IMG/VR virus record: IMGVR_UViG_3300032130_000010
Coordinates: 1-33,394 of that record
Source of the DNA: a virus
Taxonomy: Duplodnaviria; Caudoviricetes
Strand: one strand, 5' to 3'
DNA: 33,394 nt
Shown one piece after another: positions 24,890-33,394 of the stretch. The first letter of the stretch is position 1. Every line of letters starts with the position of its first letter. Below the pieces are notes generated by a model. It was not told the DNA's origin, ran no database searches, and saw only the letters and a program-made list of their open reading frames with translations. Position numbers and translations under genes: made by a program.

Positions 24890-26689
24890 ATGACAGACAT
24901 TAGCTTTTTTGACGGGCTGTCGGGCGCTAGTGGTGCTCCGACCGAAGTAAAGTTCAACGGTACGGACATAACTGAAATAAAGATCAGAGAAGGCGCCGGG
25001 GCGTTTACTACCGCATGGACATCCGTGCCTCCCGCCCCTACTCCCTCCACTTCTTACAATTATTTATCCGATGCCACCGACGGCTCGGGCAATCCTCAAC
25101 CGCACTTCATTCCCGACTTCAGTACGCCGACGGCAACGATTTACGTGCCATCCCAGTATGCTTCCGATGTCTATTCGGATTCTTCGAGTAGTGTGGGGTA
25201 TAAAAAGCAATTCGGGTGTGGCGGGACTGCGATTGACGGAGACGTCTGTGCAGTCATCGCGAAAATGGGCGGCAGTAATCCTGTAGGGGATTATCCCGAA
25301 TACGGGATGGTGTTTATTTACGAACGCAGTCAGTTTGGATGGAGTTTTTCGGCATCATTCGGCGGAATTCCCGGCAATGCCAATACCGACCAATGGAATC
25401 ACATGGGAGGCTACGAAAGCTCTACCGGATCAGCAATTGCCGTTCATAACGGCAGAGTGTTTGTGTCGGCGGGTAGTTTCAGTAAGTCCGTTTATATTTT
25501 CTCTAAGGACGCCGGTACTTGGTCGCTGGAGGCTAGGGTAACAGGTTCCTCTTCAGGCATAGAACAAAGCAGCAACTACAGTGATGACATCTCGCTGTCA
25601 GTTCATGGCGGTATAATTGCAATGGGGTTACCCCACGCCCGTGGCGACATCGCTCACACCGGCACCAGTAATCATTCGGGCATTGTCGCTGTGTACGTTG
25701 CCCCCAGTAAAGACGAGTGGGTAACCGGCACCCGTGGACAAACTGTTCCTTGGACATACTGGATGAGTCAGGGTGCGTATGCGGAGGACGACAACGACAG
25801 CTACCACCATATGAACATGGGATTTTCGGTAGCCGTGCATGACGGTCGGGCAAGTGGAGGTAAAAGCGTGATTGTCGGCGGGGTGGCCAAAACCGTAGCG
25901 GTTAAAAATTCTCATTATTATTGGATTAGCAATTCCAGCCATCAACATGCCTACGGTGCCAGTTTCAATTCCAGTTCAGGAATTGTAGACCCCGACGGAG
26001 TCGTATCGGTGCCAACAACCAATTCAACGACGCTCGACGCATACTGGGCGGAAACCCAAGCATCTTTGTGTGGTTGGGGTAACGACATAACCTTTCTCGC
26101 CTCCACCGGGGCTGACAGCGCGAATGCCGCAACGGAGCGCCTCTACCAGTTAGACGACGCCGGGGGTTCTTGGGATTTTAGTTTCATGCAATATATCAAC
26201 GCCTATTGGGGGGGGATAAATGAAAATATGAATGAAGATCACCCCGGTAGACGTGGTCATGCCACCATTCTAGCGGATCGACTAATCGTTGCCGGGGGGC
26301 GGTATGACTGGCATCCCGTAAGGAGCGTGTTTATGCGTGAGCAGACTGGCGCAGGGGGCGCAAGTCAGAACATTGTTCAGGGCGATTACTTCATCGACGC
26401 TTTCAATGGGGGACTCCCTGACCTCAATCCGTCAGGGGGGTCTGTGTCTGGCGGCGGAGTCACTTCCCCGGACTCGCAAAATGCAGATTTCGAGGGGTAC
26501 GTAAACTTTCACGGCGATCTTTCGTCCTACTGGACAGCAAACCAATCGTCCCTTGAGGCGACTCATGGGAATAAGCGCGGATGGGGCGAAGCGCATTGGT
26601 ATACAGCTGGCATAAAAGAGGGAAGGGAAATGAAGTACCAATTCACAACCTATGATTACGATGATGGAGTGAAAATATATGAAGGATAA
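24890..26689 (+). CDS. Putative receptor-binding protein with FG-GAP-like beta-propeller blades
   Basis: Blade-like repeats TAIDGDVCAVIA, AIAVHNGRVFVSAG, SLSVHGGIIAMG, GFSVAVHDG, with VFIYER / VYIFSKDAGTW strands. Confidence 0.6.
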   Translation: MTDISFFDGLSGASGAPTEVKFNGTDITEIKIREGAGAFTTAWTSVPPAPTPSTSYNYLSDATDGSGNPQPHFIPDFSTPTATIYVPSQYASDVYSDSSSSVGYKKQFGCGGTAIDGDVCAVIAKMGGSNPVGDYPEYGMVFIYERSQFGWSFSASFGGIPGNANTDQWNHMGGYESSTGSAIAVHNGRVFVSAGSFSKSVYIFSKDAGTWSLEARVTGSSSGIEQSSNYSDDISLSVHGGIIAMGLPHARGDIAHTGTSNHSGIVAVYVAPSKDEWVTGTRGQTVPWTYWMSQGAYAEDDNDSYHHMNMGFSVAVHDGRASGGKSVIVGGVAKTVAVKNSHYYWISNSSHQHAYGASFNSSSGIVDPDGVVSVPTTNSTTLDAYWAETQASLCGWGNDITFLASTGADSANAATERLYQLDDAGGSWDFSFMQYINAYWGGINENMNEDHPGRRGHATILADRLIVAGGRYDWHPVRSVFMREQTGAGGASQNIVQGDYFIDAFNGGLPDLNPSGGSVSGGGVTSPDSQNADFEGYVNFHGDLSSYWTANQSSLEATHGNKRGWGEAHWYTAGIKEGREMKYQFTTYDYDDGVKIYEG

Positions 26690-27023
26690 GCCAGAGGAAG
26701 AATTGTCCGAAGAGGAGCACAAGGAGCGTGTTCAAAAGTCCCGAGCCAAAAGACAGGCGAGGAAGGACAGGGCGGAAGCCGAGAGACAAGCTCACTCCCA
26801 TTTAGAGAAAAACCTAAAGGCGGACGAGTCCCAGCCGCAGGCAACCCCCGCGCCCAATAGGAAGCCTTGGGCAAACACCACCAAGGCGAAGTGGGGAGAA
26901 ATCCTGAAGTCCTCAGAAGCCGAGGAGCACTTGGCGAAAAACCTTTTGAGCAACGAGGAGTCCGACGCCGAGGAAAAGGCAAGGGTTCACTTGGCTAAAA
27001 ACCTGAAGGCCAATGAGCTATGA
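26679..27023 (+). CDS. Charged hypothetical protein with three HLxKNL repeats
   Basis: HLEKNLKADE, HLAKNLLSNE, HLAKNLKANE. Overlaps both neighbours. Confidence 0.6.
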   Translation: MKDKPEEELSEEEHKERVQKSRAKRQARKDRAEAERQAHSHLEKNLKADESQPQATPAPNRKPWANTTKAKWGEILKSSEAEEHLAKNLLSNEESDAEEKARVHLAKNLKANEL

Positions 27024-30000
27024 ATGGAAGTTCGCGCCGCATGTCGAGGAGGACGCCGGCAATTCAGTCTTTGTCAGCAACTTCAACCTGCACGGCGAGG
27101 TCAATAAGGTTCCGTACAAGGACGGCAAACCGCTTTACGACGATCCGGAGTTTGCCACAGCGGCAAAAAAGTGGATACGGGAAAATCATCCCGGCTATCC
27201 CGTGGATGAGCGTTACGGGTGGTGGAGCTACAAGAGGTGGTGGAAGGAGGGGGCGTCAGTCCGCGCACTTCTCACGCCTTTCGCCAAGGCATGGATTGAG
27301 GCAAGAGAGGTTGAGCCGCGCCGGAGTGGTCAAGTTGCCGTGGATGAACTTGATGAATTGCTCAAGAATATTGAGGGACTTAAGTATGCAACCGTCAACA
27401 AGTTCAGTAGCTGGGATGCCCGCACCCCCATTTGGAACGGTGGTCATCTGTTTTCCAGTCAAGAATTCAAGGACTTCATGGACACGGGAAACCGGTGGAA
27501 GGGTTTGTTCGGCGGTCGCGCACCTACCACAGAGCACCACCAATGGTACGGCAGCAAAGGCAGGGAAACAGTCGCTCGGATGCATGCAAACGTCGAGGAC
27601 TTCTTCAAAAAGAAAATCGACGACCTTAAAGCCAGTCTTAAGCCAGAAATGAACTACGGAGACATAGTCGCATCGGAGGGTAAGCGCTATATCGTTGGGG
27701 AAAACGACGAGCTTATTCCTACTTCCGACAATATCGCGGGCAACGCCGAGGACGGCTATGAATATGTCGGGTACCAATTCTATCCGACGAAAGGAAGCGA
27801 CGATAGCGAGTTTGCGCTTGGATATACGGCGGGCACTGGAACGAGCATGGATCTGGACGTTGCCCCCGAGGAAATCATGCAGCTTGATCTACTGGAAGCG
27901 GACCTCTTGGGGGATGGTAGTACACTAATGACGGACTTTGCGGGTGGCTTTTGGACGGAGGAATACCTTTCCAAAAGATTTCAGGACACCGCAAAGTTTT
28001 CCACAACCAAAGCGTCATTCGATCCTCGGGCCGAGCCGGGATACTCTGGCGGTCCTCACCGTGTTCAGTTGGAAATCGAAATGTTAGTCCCTACTGGATG
28101 GATTGGCGTTGTCCCGACTGCAGACGCCGAAGCAGTTACTAGAGGAGCTTTCACCGACGAGGGCACGGGTGCGCTAGTCACAAACGACAAAGACACGCAG
28201 TTTTACTCATACAAACGGGGGGTGAATGCCAACGGCGACTTCTCGACGGGCGCCACGCTTGTTAATTTGACGAACTCGGATAAATTCTCAGCACATGGCG
28301 ACGACGCCTCGGGTTACTCGCTCAAGTGGGATGGTGAGTATGCCGAAACTGACTCGGGGAGGATTTCTGACTCTGAAGGTTTTCTGGGAGAATCGCTCAT
28401 GAGTCGCATTCGGGCTGACCAAAATGGATTTGTCGTCAATCATGAGGGAAGCTGGGCGTACGACACAGGCGATGGCTGGATGTATGATACGGCCGGAGGC
28501 TTGGGTTGGTATTACAAAGGTGAAGACGACAATTGGATTTTCGCCACCGACAGCAGAGGTGACGCCAAGGGAAACTGGTTGTACTGGGATAACATGCCTG
28601 ACCATCCCGGCGAAGTTGCTTATTATGCAAATGGATCCAATGAGTGGATGTTCAACCGCGACGGCACTTGGATTACCCCGGAGGGCGCAACGACGACCCT
28701 TGAGGCGTCAAGCATGGCAAAGCCTACGGAGAATCCCGACTTAGACATTCAAAAGGAGTTGACGGACGCGGAGTGGTTGGCCAGAGGCAACAAGCTTCCC
28801 GACGGATGGGTCGACGCCAACAAAGACGGCTATGACGACAATACCCTCTTGAATAGGGATGGGTCGCAGTCGCTTTTCAAAGAAGGCGGACCCGACGCCG
28901 ACACCGACAAGTCGCCCAAGAAGTGGGAGAAACACCCGGTACTTGGCGATGTTTGGTATCAAGATAAGGCATCACCCGACGAGGAAAACTGGATGTACGT
29001 CGCCGACACGGGTCGCTGGATGTACGATGCCCCACCGGGCGAGATGGAAGGCTGGGTTTACGATGATGAGACTTCCCGATGGATGTTTCCGGCCGAGCGT
29101 GATGGCGAAATCTGGTACATGGTCGAGGACAGTCCTTATAACCGGACCGAAGACGCCGATGGCAAGACTATTCCGAAAGGACCATGGGTGCATTCCTCTC
29201 AAATGAGCAAACCCATTGGAGAATGGGAAGTATCCTACCCAGAAGAAAAAGATGAAGTTGATCCGAATTTCGAGCAAACCAACGGTGTTGACCCGAGACT
29301 TCTAAACTACTCGGACGAGCACGGCAATACCTACAAGGGAGTGTATGCCGAGGACGCCGCTTACGACAAGGCGATAGAATTTGCCAATGAGCGAAAATTC
29401 CAAGACGGTCTTCCGTGGGACAGAAAAGTGATGTCCGACGTCTGGGACGGAATCTTCAAGACCTCTGATGAGAATCCCGGAAGCAATCCATTTAGATTCC
29501 TCGATGATTATTTCGGTGACAAGGACTCCGATGCCTACCGACTTTTTGATAAAGCGTGGAACGAGGAGACGAAACGAGAGGCGGTCGAGCGTCAAGCCTC
29601 CGACGTAATTGGTGGCGCGATCGACGCCGGTGCTCCAATGCCGACGAATCCGCTCGGAACCGTAATGGAGCAAGTCGGGCAATACCTCGAAAAGCCGTAC
29701 ATCAAGGATGAAAACGGGAATGTCATCCCGAACCCGAAGTACGAAAAAGCAAAGGATCACAGCATTTTCTTTGAGCATGAAGGCGAAGCCAAGACGTGGT
29801 CGCCGAACTGGCTTTTTCCCTTCGACATGAAGACGCAAGAGGCGGGCATTCGTGCCAGCCTGAAGGACAAGGCGGACGAGAGAAACGCCATGTACAGGGA
29901 CAAGATTCCCGCGCAGATCAAGGATGAGGCAGGTAATCTTATTGCCAATCCCGATGCGGGTACGAATGGCGAATATGCGGGCATGACCCAAGTGGAGAAG

Positions 30001-30669
30001 CGTCTGGCAATCCAAAGAGCATACGCCGAAAAGCACGGGCTGGTAAACGATGACCCGGCACACGACCTTCTTACCGGCGAAATCAACAATTCAGTAAACT
30101 ACCTTTACGGTGGTGACGAGGACGAGGGAAGCTACGCAAATCTGAACAAGAATTGGCTGGACGCCAGACAGTACTACTCGGACCAAATTGGCGAACTTGA
30201 GGGTCTTTCAAACCTGGACAAGATGAACAAGACCAGTGCTTATCTGGAAGCGCTTGGGGATACGTCCGATGTCGCCAAGGCTCGCTCAAGAATGCAGGAG
30301 GAGATGGGCCGAGCGCGTATATTCGGGGGCAAGGTAAATAAATCCGATTACTTCGACTCCTACTTAAGCAACCCCAACGAGCCACGTTCCAGAGTGTTCA
30401 CAGATGACCTGCCGACCGACGCACCGAACGGTACGCTGTTCGAGAAGGATGCCGCCGGGAAGCTCACTACCACACCGCGGTATGGAGGCGACCCGAATGC
30501 TACGACCGAGAGTGAACTTACAGGCGGTCTAGTTAGTCCCGATACGACCCTTATTGGTAAAAGGTTGGCGGCATGGAAGAAAAAGCAGCAAGAGAAGACG
30601 GGCATGCCTAGCAACAACCCATACCTAGAGACTGGCACTTGGTCGACCGGAAAGTACGTAAAGCCATGA
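27013..30669 (+). CDS. Large virion-associated protein (candidate internal/ejection protein) with Trp/Tyr-rich repeats
   Basis: 1218-aa ORF after the fibres, with two aromatic repeat blocks. Function inferred from synteny only. Confidence 0.55.
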   Translation: MSYEWKFAPHVEEDAGNSVFVSNFNLHGEVNKVPYKDGKPLYDDPEFATAAKKWIRENHPGYPVDERYGWWSYKRWWKEGASVRALLTPFAKAWIEAREVEPRRSGQVAVDELDELLKNIEGLKYATVNKFSSWDARTPIWNGGHLFSSQEFKDFMDTGNRWKGLFGGRAPTTEHHQWYGSKGRETVARMHANVEDFFKKKIDDLKASLKPEMNYGDIVASEGKRYIVGENDELIPTSDNIAGNAEDGYEYVGYQFYPTKGSDDSEFALGYTAGTGTSMDLDVAPEEIMQLDLLEADLLGDGSTLMTDFAGGFWTEEYLSKRFQDTAKFSTTKASFDPRAEPGYSGGPHRVQLEIEMLVPTGWIGVVPTADAEAVTRGAFTDEGTGALVTNDKDTQFYSYKRGVNANGDFSTGATLVNLTNSDKFSAHGDDASGYSLKWDGEYAETDSGRISDSEGFLGESLMSRIRADQNGFVVNHEGSWAYDTGDGWMYDTAGGLGWYYKGEDDNWIFATDSRGDAKGNWLYWDNMPDHPGEVAYYANGSNEWMFNRDGTWITPEGATTTLEASSMAKPTENPDLDIQKELTDAEWLARGNKLPDGWVDANKDGYDDNTLLNRDGSQSLFKEGGPDADTDKSPKKWEKHPVLGDVWYQDKASPDEENWMYVADTGRWMYDAPPGEMEGWVYDDETSRWMFPAERDGEIWYMVEDSPYNRTEDADGKTIPKGPWVHSSQMSKPIGEWEVSYPEEKDEVDPNFEQTNGVDPRLLNYSDEHGNTYKGVYAEDAAYDKAIEFANERKFQDGLPWDRKVMSDVWDGIFKTSDENPGSNPFRFLDDYFGDKDSDAYRLFDKAWNEETKREAVERQASDVIGGAIDAGAPMPTNPLGTVMEQVGQYLEKPYIKDENGNVIPNPKYEKAKDHSIFFEHEGEAKTWSPNWLFPFDMKTQEAGIRASLKDKADERNAMYRDKIPAQIKDEAGNLIANPDAGTNGEYAGMTQVEKRLAIQRAYAEKHGLVNDDPAHDLLTGEINNSVNYLYGGDEDEGSYANLNKNWLDARQYYSDQIGELEGLSNLDKMNKTSAYLEALGDTSDVAKARSRMQEEMGRARIFGGKVNKSDYFDSYLSNPNEPRSRVFTDDLPTDAPNGTLFEKDAAGKLTTTPRYGGDPNATTESELTGGLVSPDTTLIGKRLAAWKKKQQEKTGMPSNNPYLETGTWSTGKYVKP

Positions 30670-32675
30670 ATTTAAACGATAATCTATTTTCAAGTAAGTC
30701 TGATCGAGATAAGTTCGTTCAGTCCTCCGGGGGTATGGGCAACAAGCTCATGACCGATTCGATCAACAGCGCATTCGACGCATCGGACAAGGCGGGACAA
30801 GGCTTCTTCAGTGACTTTTTTGCTAACGACAACAATGACAAAACCAGTCCTGATTGGAACTTATTCAATGAGGGTTACAACGCCGCCAAGACAACAGCTT
30901 GGGACGACTGGTGGGATGGTGACGATACGGCATCCCAACTTGATTTTTCAAAAGCCGCTCCATCGTGGGGCGAATGGGGCAACTGGTCTACCCAGCTCGG
31001 CGATAATGCGCGCAATAATTTGAATGCTTACACCTCACAGGTGGGTGTGGACGCAGATGGCAACATTAACTATCTCCCCCCGTGGATGAACGCCGAGGCG
31101 GGACTTCATGAGGCCATTGCGGATTCCGGCGAAGAGGCGGACATGCGATTAGGAGCCGCCTCAGATAAGTATAATGCCGACTGGAACTCCATTAATACCC
31201 ATGCCGCCGGCATGGAATCCGCTCTTGATCCATATAAGACCTCGGTCACCACCGCTCTTGGCACTCGGGAAACCGATCTTGAGGGTGCGCTAGACCCATA
31301 TAAGACCTCGATCAGCTCGGCCCTTGGTGCTCGGGCGACCGATCTTAAGAGCGCGCTAGACCCATACGGCTCGGCAATGACCTCGGCATCGGAAAGGCTA
31401 AGGCAGACCCAACTCGACAACGCGGCGTCCAAGTATCAGGCGATTCGCGACGTGCTTCATGGTGATACTCTTGCGGGTCAACGCTCGACGGAACGGGGTA
31501 CGACCGGCTCCACCAATCGACTTCTTCTCGGTGCTCGCGCTAAAGCCGCGCAGGATCGCTCGGCAATCGAGGAGGCGGCGAATATTGGGCACGCTCAACG
31601 CGAGTATTCGCTGGAGGGTCAGTTAGCCGCTACCTTAAAAGAAATTGAGGATCAGGCTACAGCGGGTGAGTACACGCTAGAGGGTGAGATAGCCTCTGCC
31701 AAAAAATCCATCACGGACCAGACGACAGCGGACACCTACTCATTAGAGAATCAAATAGCCTCTGCCAAAAAAGCCATTAGTGACGAAAAAGTGCAAAAGC
31801 GCCTTGTTATTGAGCAGACGCTATCGGAAGACCGCGAAGCCATCATAACTGATTTTGCCGCCGTGCTCGGAATAACCCGAGAGGAGACTGCGGGCATGGT
31901 GGAGCTTACTGATGAAGTCGCCTTGCAATTGGCTGAGAAGCACAATATGAACATTGCTACCATCAAGGAGGCTCGCCTTGCCATGCTTGGTCAATTGGCG
32001 GAAACAGCGAAGCTTGGTGGTGCGCAATTTGATGAATATATCAATGATTTATTCCGCCAGCTTGACCAACTCAGCCAAGAAGACGCACTAACCAAGGCAG
32101 AGCAAGAGGCAAGGATGCAAAACCTTCCGTATCTGCAGTCAGCGATCAAGGAAGTTTTGTCGGCGAATCCTGAGTTGGCGCAGAACCAAGCCGATATTAA
32201 CGCGCTTGGAAAATTCATCACCGACTACTTTAACATATCCGGAGGCACCCCAGCTGTAAACTTTGCGGCGCAACCAATCGCCAAAACCATGTCCGCTCTT
32301 GAGGCAACGCTACCCTCGTCCGATCTTGAAGATGGCGGCGTTAGGGAAAGTGGAGATATTTTATCGAAGCTTCTCCCGACGCTAAACACAAACATTGAGA
32401 AAGCGGTGCAGGAAGCCAACAGCGGCGGTACGGTAACTCCTACCGACTCAAAAGAAATCGTCAATAATATGTGCTGGGTGGCTAGGGAGGTCTATGGGGA
32501 GTACAATCCAAGATGGTTACTATTCCGCAGATGGCTGCTAGGGTCATCGCCGGAATGGTTCCGCAACTTGTACATCAGCAAAGGCAGGGTCTTCGCCAAC
32601 TGGCTGTCTAGCAACACTTGGTTGAAGCCGTTTGTCCGTCGCTGGATGGATGGTCGCATCCGATCACAGTCATGA
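30666..32675 (+). CDS. Candidate DNA ejection/pilot protein with 22-aa helical repeats and a CFI-box-like C-terminal domain
   Basis: ATG 30666 (ATGA overlap). Ala/Gln/Gly-rich and helical; terminal CWVAREVYG...RRWM domain. Confidence 0.6.
   Translation: MNLNDNLFSSKSDRDKFVQSSGGMGNKLMTDSINSAFDASDKAGQGFFSDFFANDNNDKTSPDWNLFNEGYNAAKTTAWDDWWDGDDTASQLDFSKAAPSWGEWGNWSTQLGDNARNNLNAYTSQVGVDADGNINYLPPWMNAEAGLHEAIADSGEEADMRLGAASDKYNADWNSINTHAAGMESALDPYKTSVTTALGTRETDLEGALDPYKTSISSALGARATDLKSALDPYGSAMTSASERLRQTQLDNAASKYQAIRDVLHGDTLAGQRSTERGTTGSTNRLLLGARAKAAQDRSAIEEAANIGHAQREYSLEGQLAATLKEIEDQATAGEYTLEGEIASAKKSITDQTTADTYSLENQIASAKKAISDEKVQKRLVIEQTLSEDREAIITDFAAVLGITREETAGMVELTDEVALQLAEKHNMNIATIKEARLAMLGQLAETAKLGGAQFDEYINDLFRQLDQLSQEDALTKAEQEARMQNLPYLQSAIKEVLSANPELAQNQADINALGKFITDYFNISGGTPAVNFAAQPIAKTMSALEATLPSSDLEDGGVRESGDILSKLLPTLNTNIEKAVQEANSGGTVTPTDSKEIVNNMCWVAREVYGEYNPRWLLFRRWLLGSSPEWFRNLYISKGRVFANWLSSNTWLKPFVRRWMDGRIRSQS
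31221..31790 (+). repeat. Two sets of 66-bp (22-aa) coding repeats
   Basis: ALDPY units start at 31221, 31287 and 31353; (E/T)Y(S/T)LE units start at 31602, 31668 and 31734. Confidence 0.85.
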
Positions 32676-33394
32676 GAGAAATACCGGGAATAATAAAAGC
32701 GGCTCCGCCTGCAGCGCTGCGGCCAATACCATCCTCATCACCTTCACCTTCGGAGATGACTCCCAAGGTGCGCCCACCTTCCGCGCAACAGCCTGTACAG
32801 ACTCTTCAAAACCGCGGTGACCGCGTAGCATCAGAGCTAATCCGCCCTAACATTCTCAATGCCACATCCGATGCGCGTAGAAATAACTACCAGATAGGAC
32901 AGGAGGAGCGAGCAGAGCAGACGCGGATACGCCAAGAGGGACGCCTAGAGGATATTAAAATCCGCCAAGAAGGCAGGACGGAAGAGTCTCAAGTCCGCCA
33001 AGAAGACAGAGCGGAGGAGCGGGGAGGTCGACAGGACGAGGCGCGGGCTGTACTTGAGCGTGAATTGGCAGAGTTCAACAGTGCGATTAAGAAGGACTAC
33101 GCCGAGTGGGGACATAAGAATTTAGGTGGTGAGCAAAAGATGGATCTTCTGAATCGCGAGGCAGATGCAATGAACGTGCGTCTCGCGCTGGAGGCATCTC
33201 GCATTCGATCCAGTCTCCTGAACGCAGAGATTGAAATCATGAGCAAGGTGGAGCTTGGCGAAAAATCCAAACAGCTCGGCACCTTTATAACCGGAGCAAG
33301 GGACACAATTCGAGCCTCGAAAGTTCAAGAGACTTTCAATGCAGCTTTCCCCGGTGACGACGACCACGATGAAAAGACCGAGTGGGTCGATGAA
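32672..33394 (+). CDS. Candidate ejection protein, truncated by the window end (not in ORF track)
   Basis: ATGA overlap with the previous stop. Hand translation MREIPGIIKAAPPAAL... stays open to the window end, with 11-aa repeats IRQEGRLEDIK / IRQEGRTEESQ / VRQEDRAEERG. Confidence 0.75.
   Translation, partial: MREIPGIIKAAPPAALRPIPSSSPSPSEMTPKVRPPSAQQPVQTLQNRGDRVASELIRPNILNATSDARRNNYQIGQEERAEQTRIRQEGRLEDIKIRQEGRTEESQVRQEDRAEERGGRQDEARAVLERELAEFNSAIKKDYAEWGHKNLGGEQKMDLLNREADAMNVRLALEASRIRSSLLNAEIEIMSKVELGEKSKQLGTFITGARDTIRASKVQETFNAAFPGDDDHDEKTEWVDE

Larger units (their letters stand above)
1..33394. mobile_element. Temperate tailed bacteriophage genome segment (podovirus-like morphogenesis module plus integrase/attP)
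   Basis: Tyrosine integrase beside a tRNA-derived att core, a clear large terminase, then a co-oriented, tightly overlapping run of portal-, scaffold-, capsid- and fibre-like genes. No host housekeeping genes seen. Confidence 0.95.

Noticed and set aside
20990-26689. Diversity-generating retroelement or invertase shufflon acting on the fibres
   Set aside because: No reverse transcriptase, no template/variable repeat pair differing at adenines, and no inverted copies of the repeat were noticed. All copies are direct.
27013-30669. Virion RNA polymerase or lytic transglycosylase in the 1218-aa protein
   Set aside because: No DxDGD polymerase context or transglycosylase catalytic motif could be recognised by eye.

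Overview
The window is a contiguous ~33 kb segment of a temperate tailed dsDNA phage, with podovirus-like gene order: terminase, portal, scaffold, capsid, adaptor, nozzle, fibres, then putative ejection proteins. No tail tube, sheath or tape-measure gene is recognisable. Left end: a small RHH-like regulator, a membrane protein, a tyrosine integrase (minus strand) and an apparently intact attP built on the 3' half of tRNA-Pro(UGG), with arm-type repeats on both sides. This suggests free or excised phage DNA. From ~2.4 kb every credible gene is on the + strand. The most striking signal lies in the ~1297-aa fibre gene (20990-24883). A 15-bp sequence, GTCGGAATCGGGACT, is conserved at synonymous positions in 8 perfect and 2 near-perfect in-frame copies. 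These copies separate unrelated modules of different length and GC content, resembling an in-frame cassette array for shuffling receptor-binding modules. Also notable: a small HTH gene bracketed by an operator-like motif that overlaps fibre-gene promoters, an eCIS (Pvc13/Afp13)-like fibre anchor, a u-spanin-like lipoprotein, an unlisted holin-like ORF, and an ejection-type protein with apolipoprotein-like 22-mers and a CFI-box-like C-terminus. All functional calls rest on motif recognition by eye and on synteny. No database searches were run.
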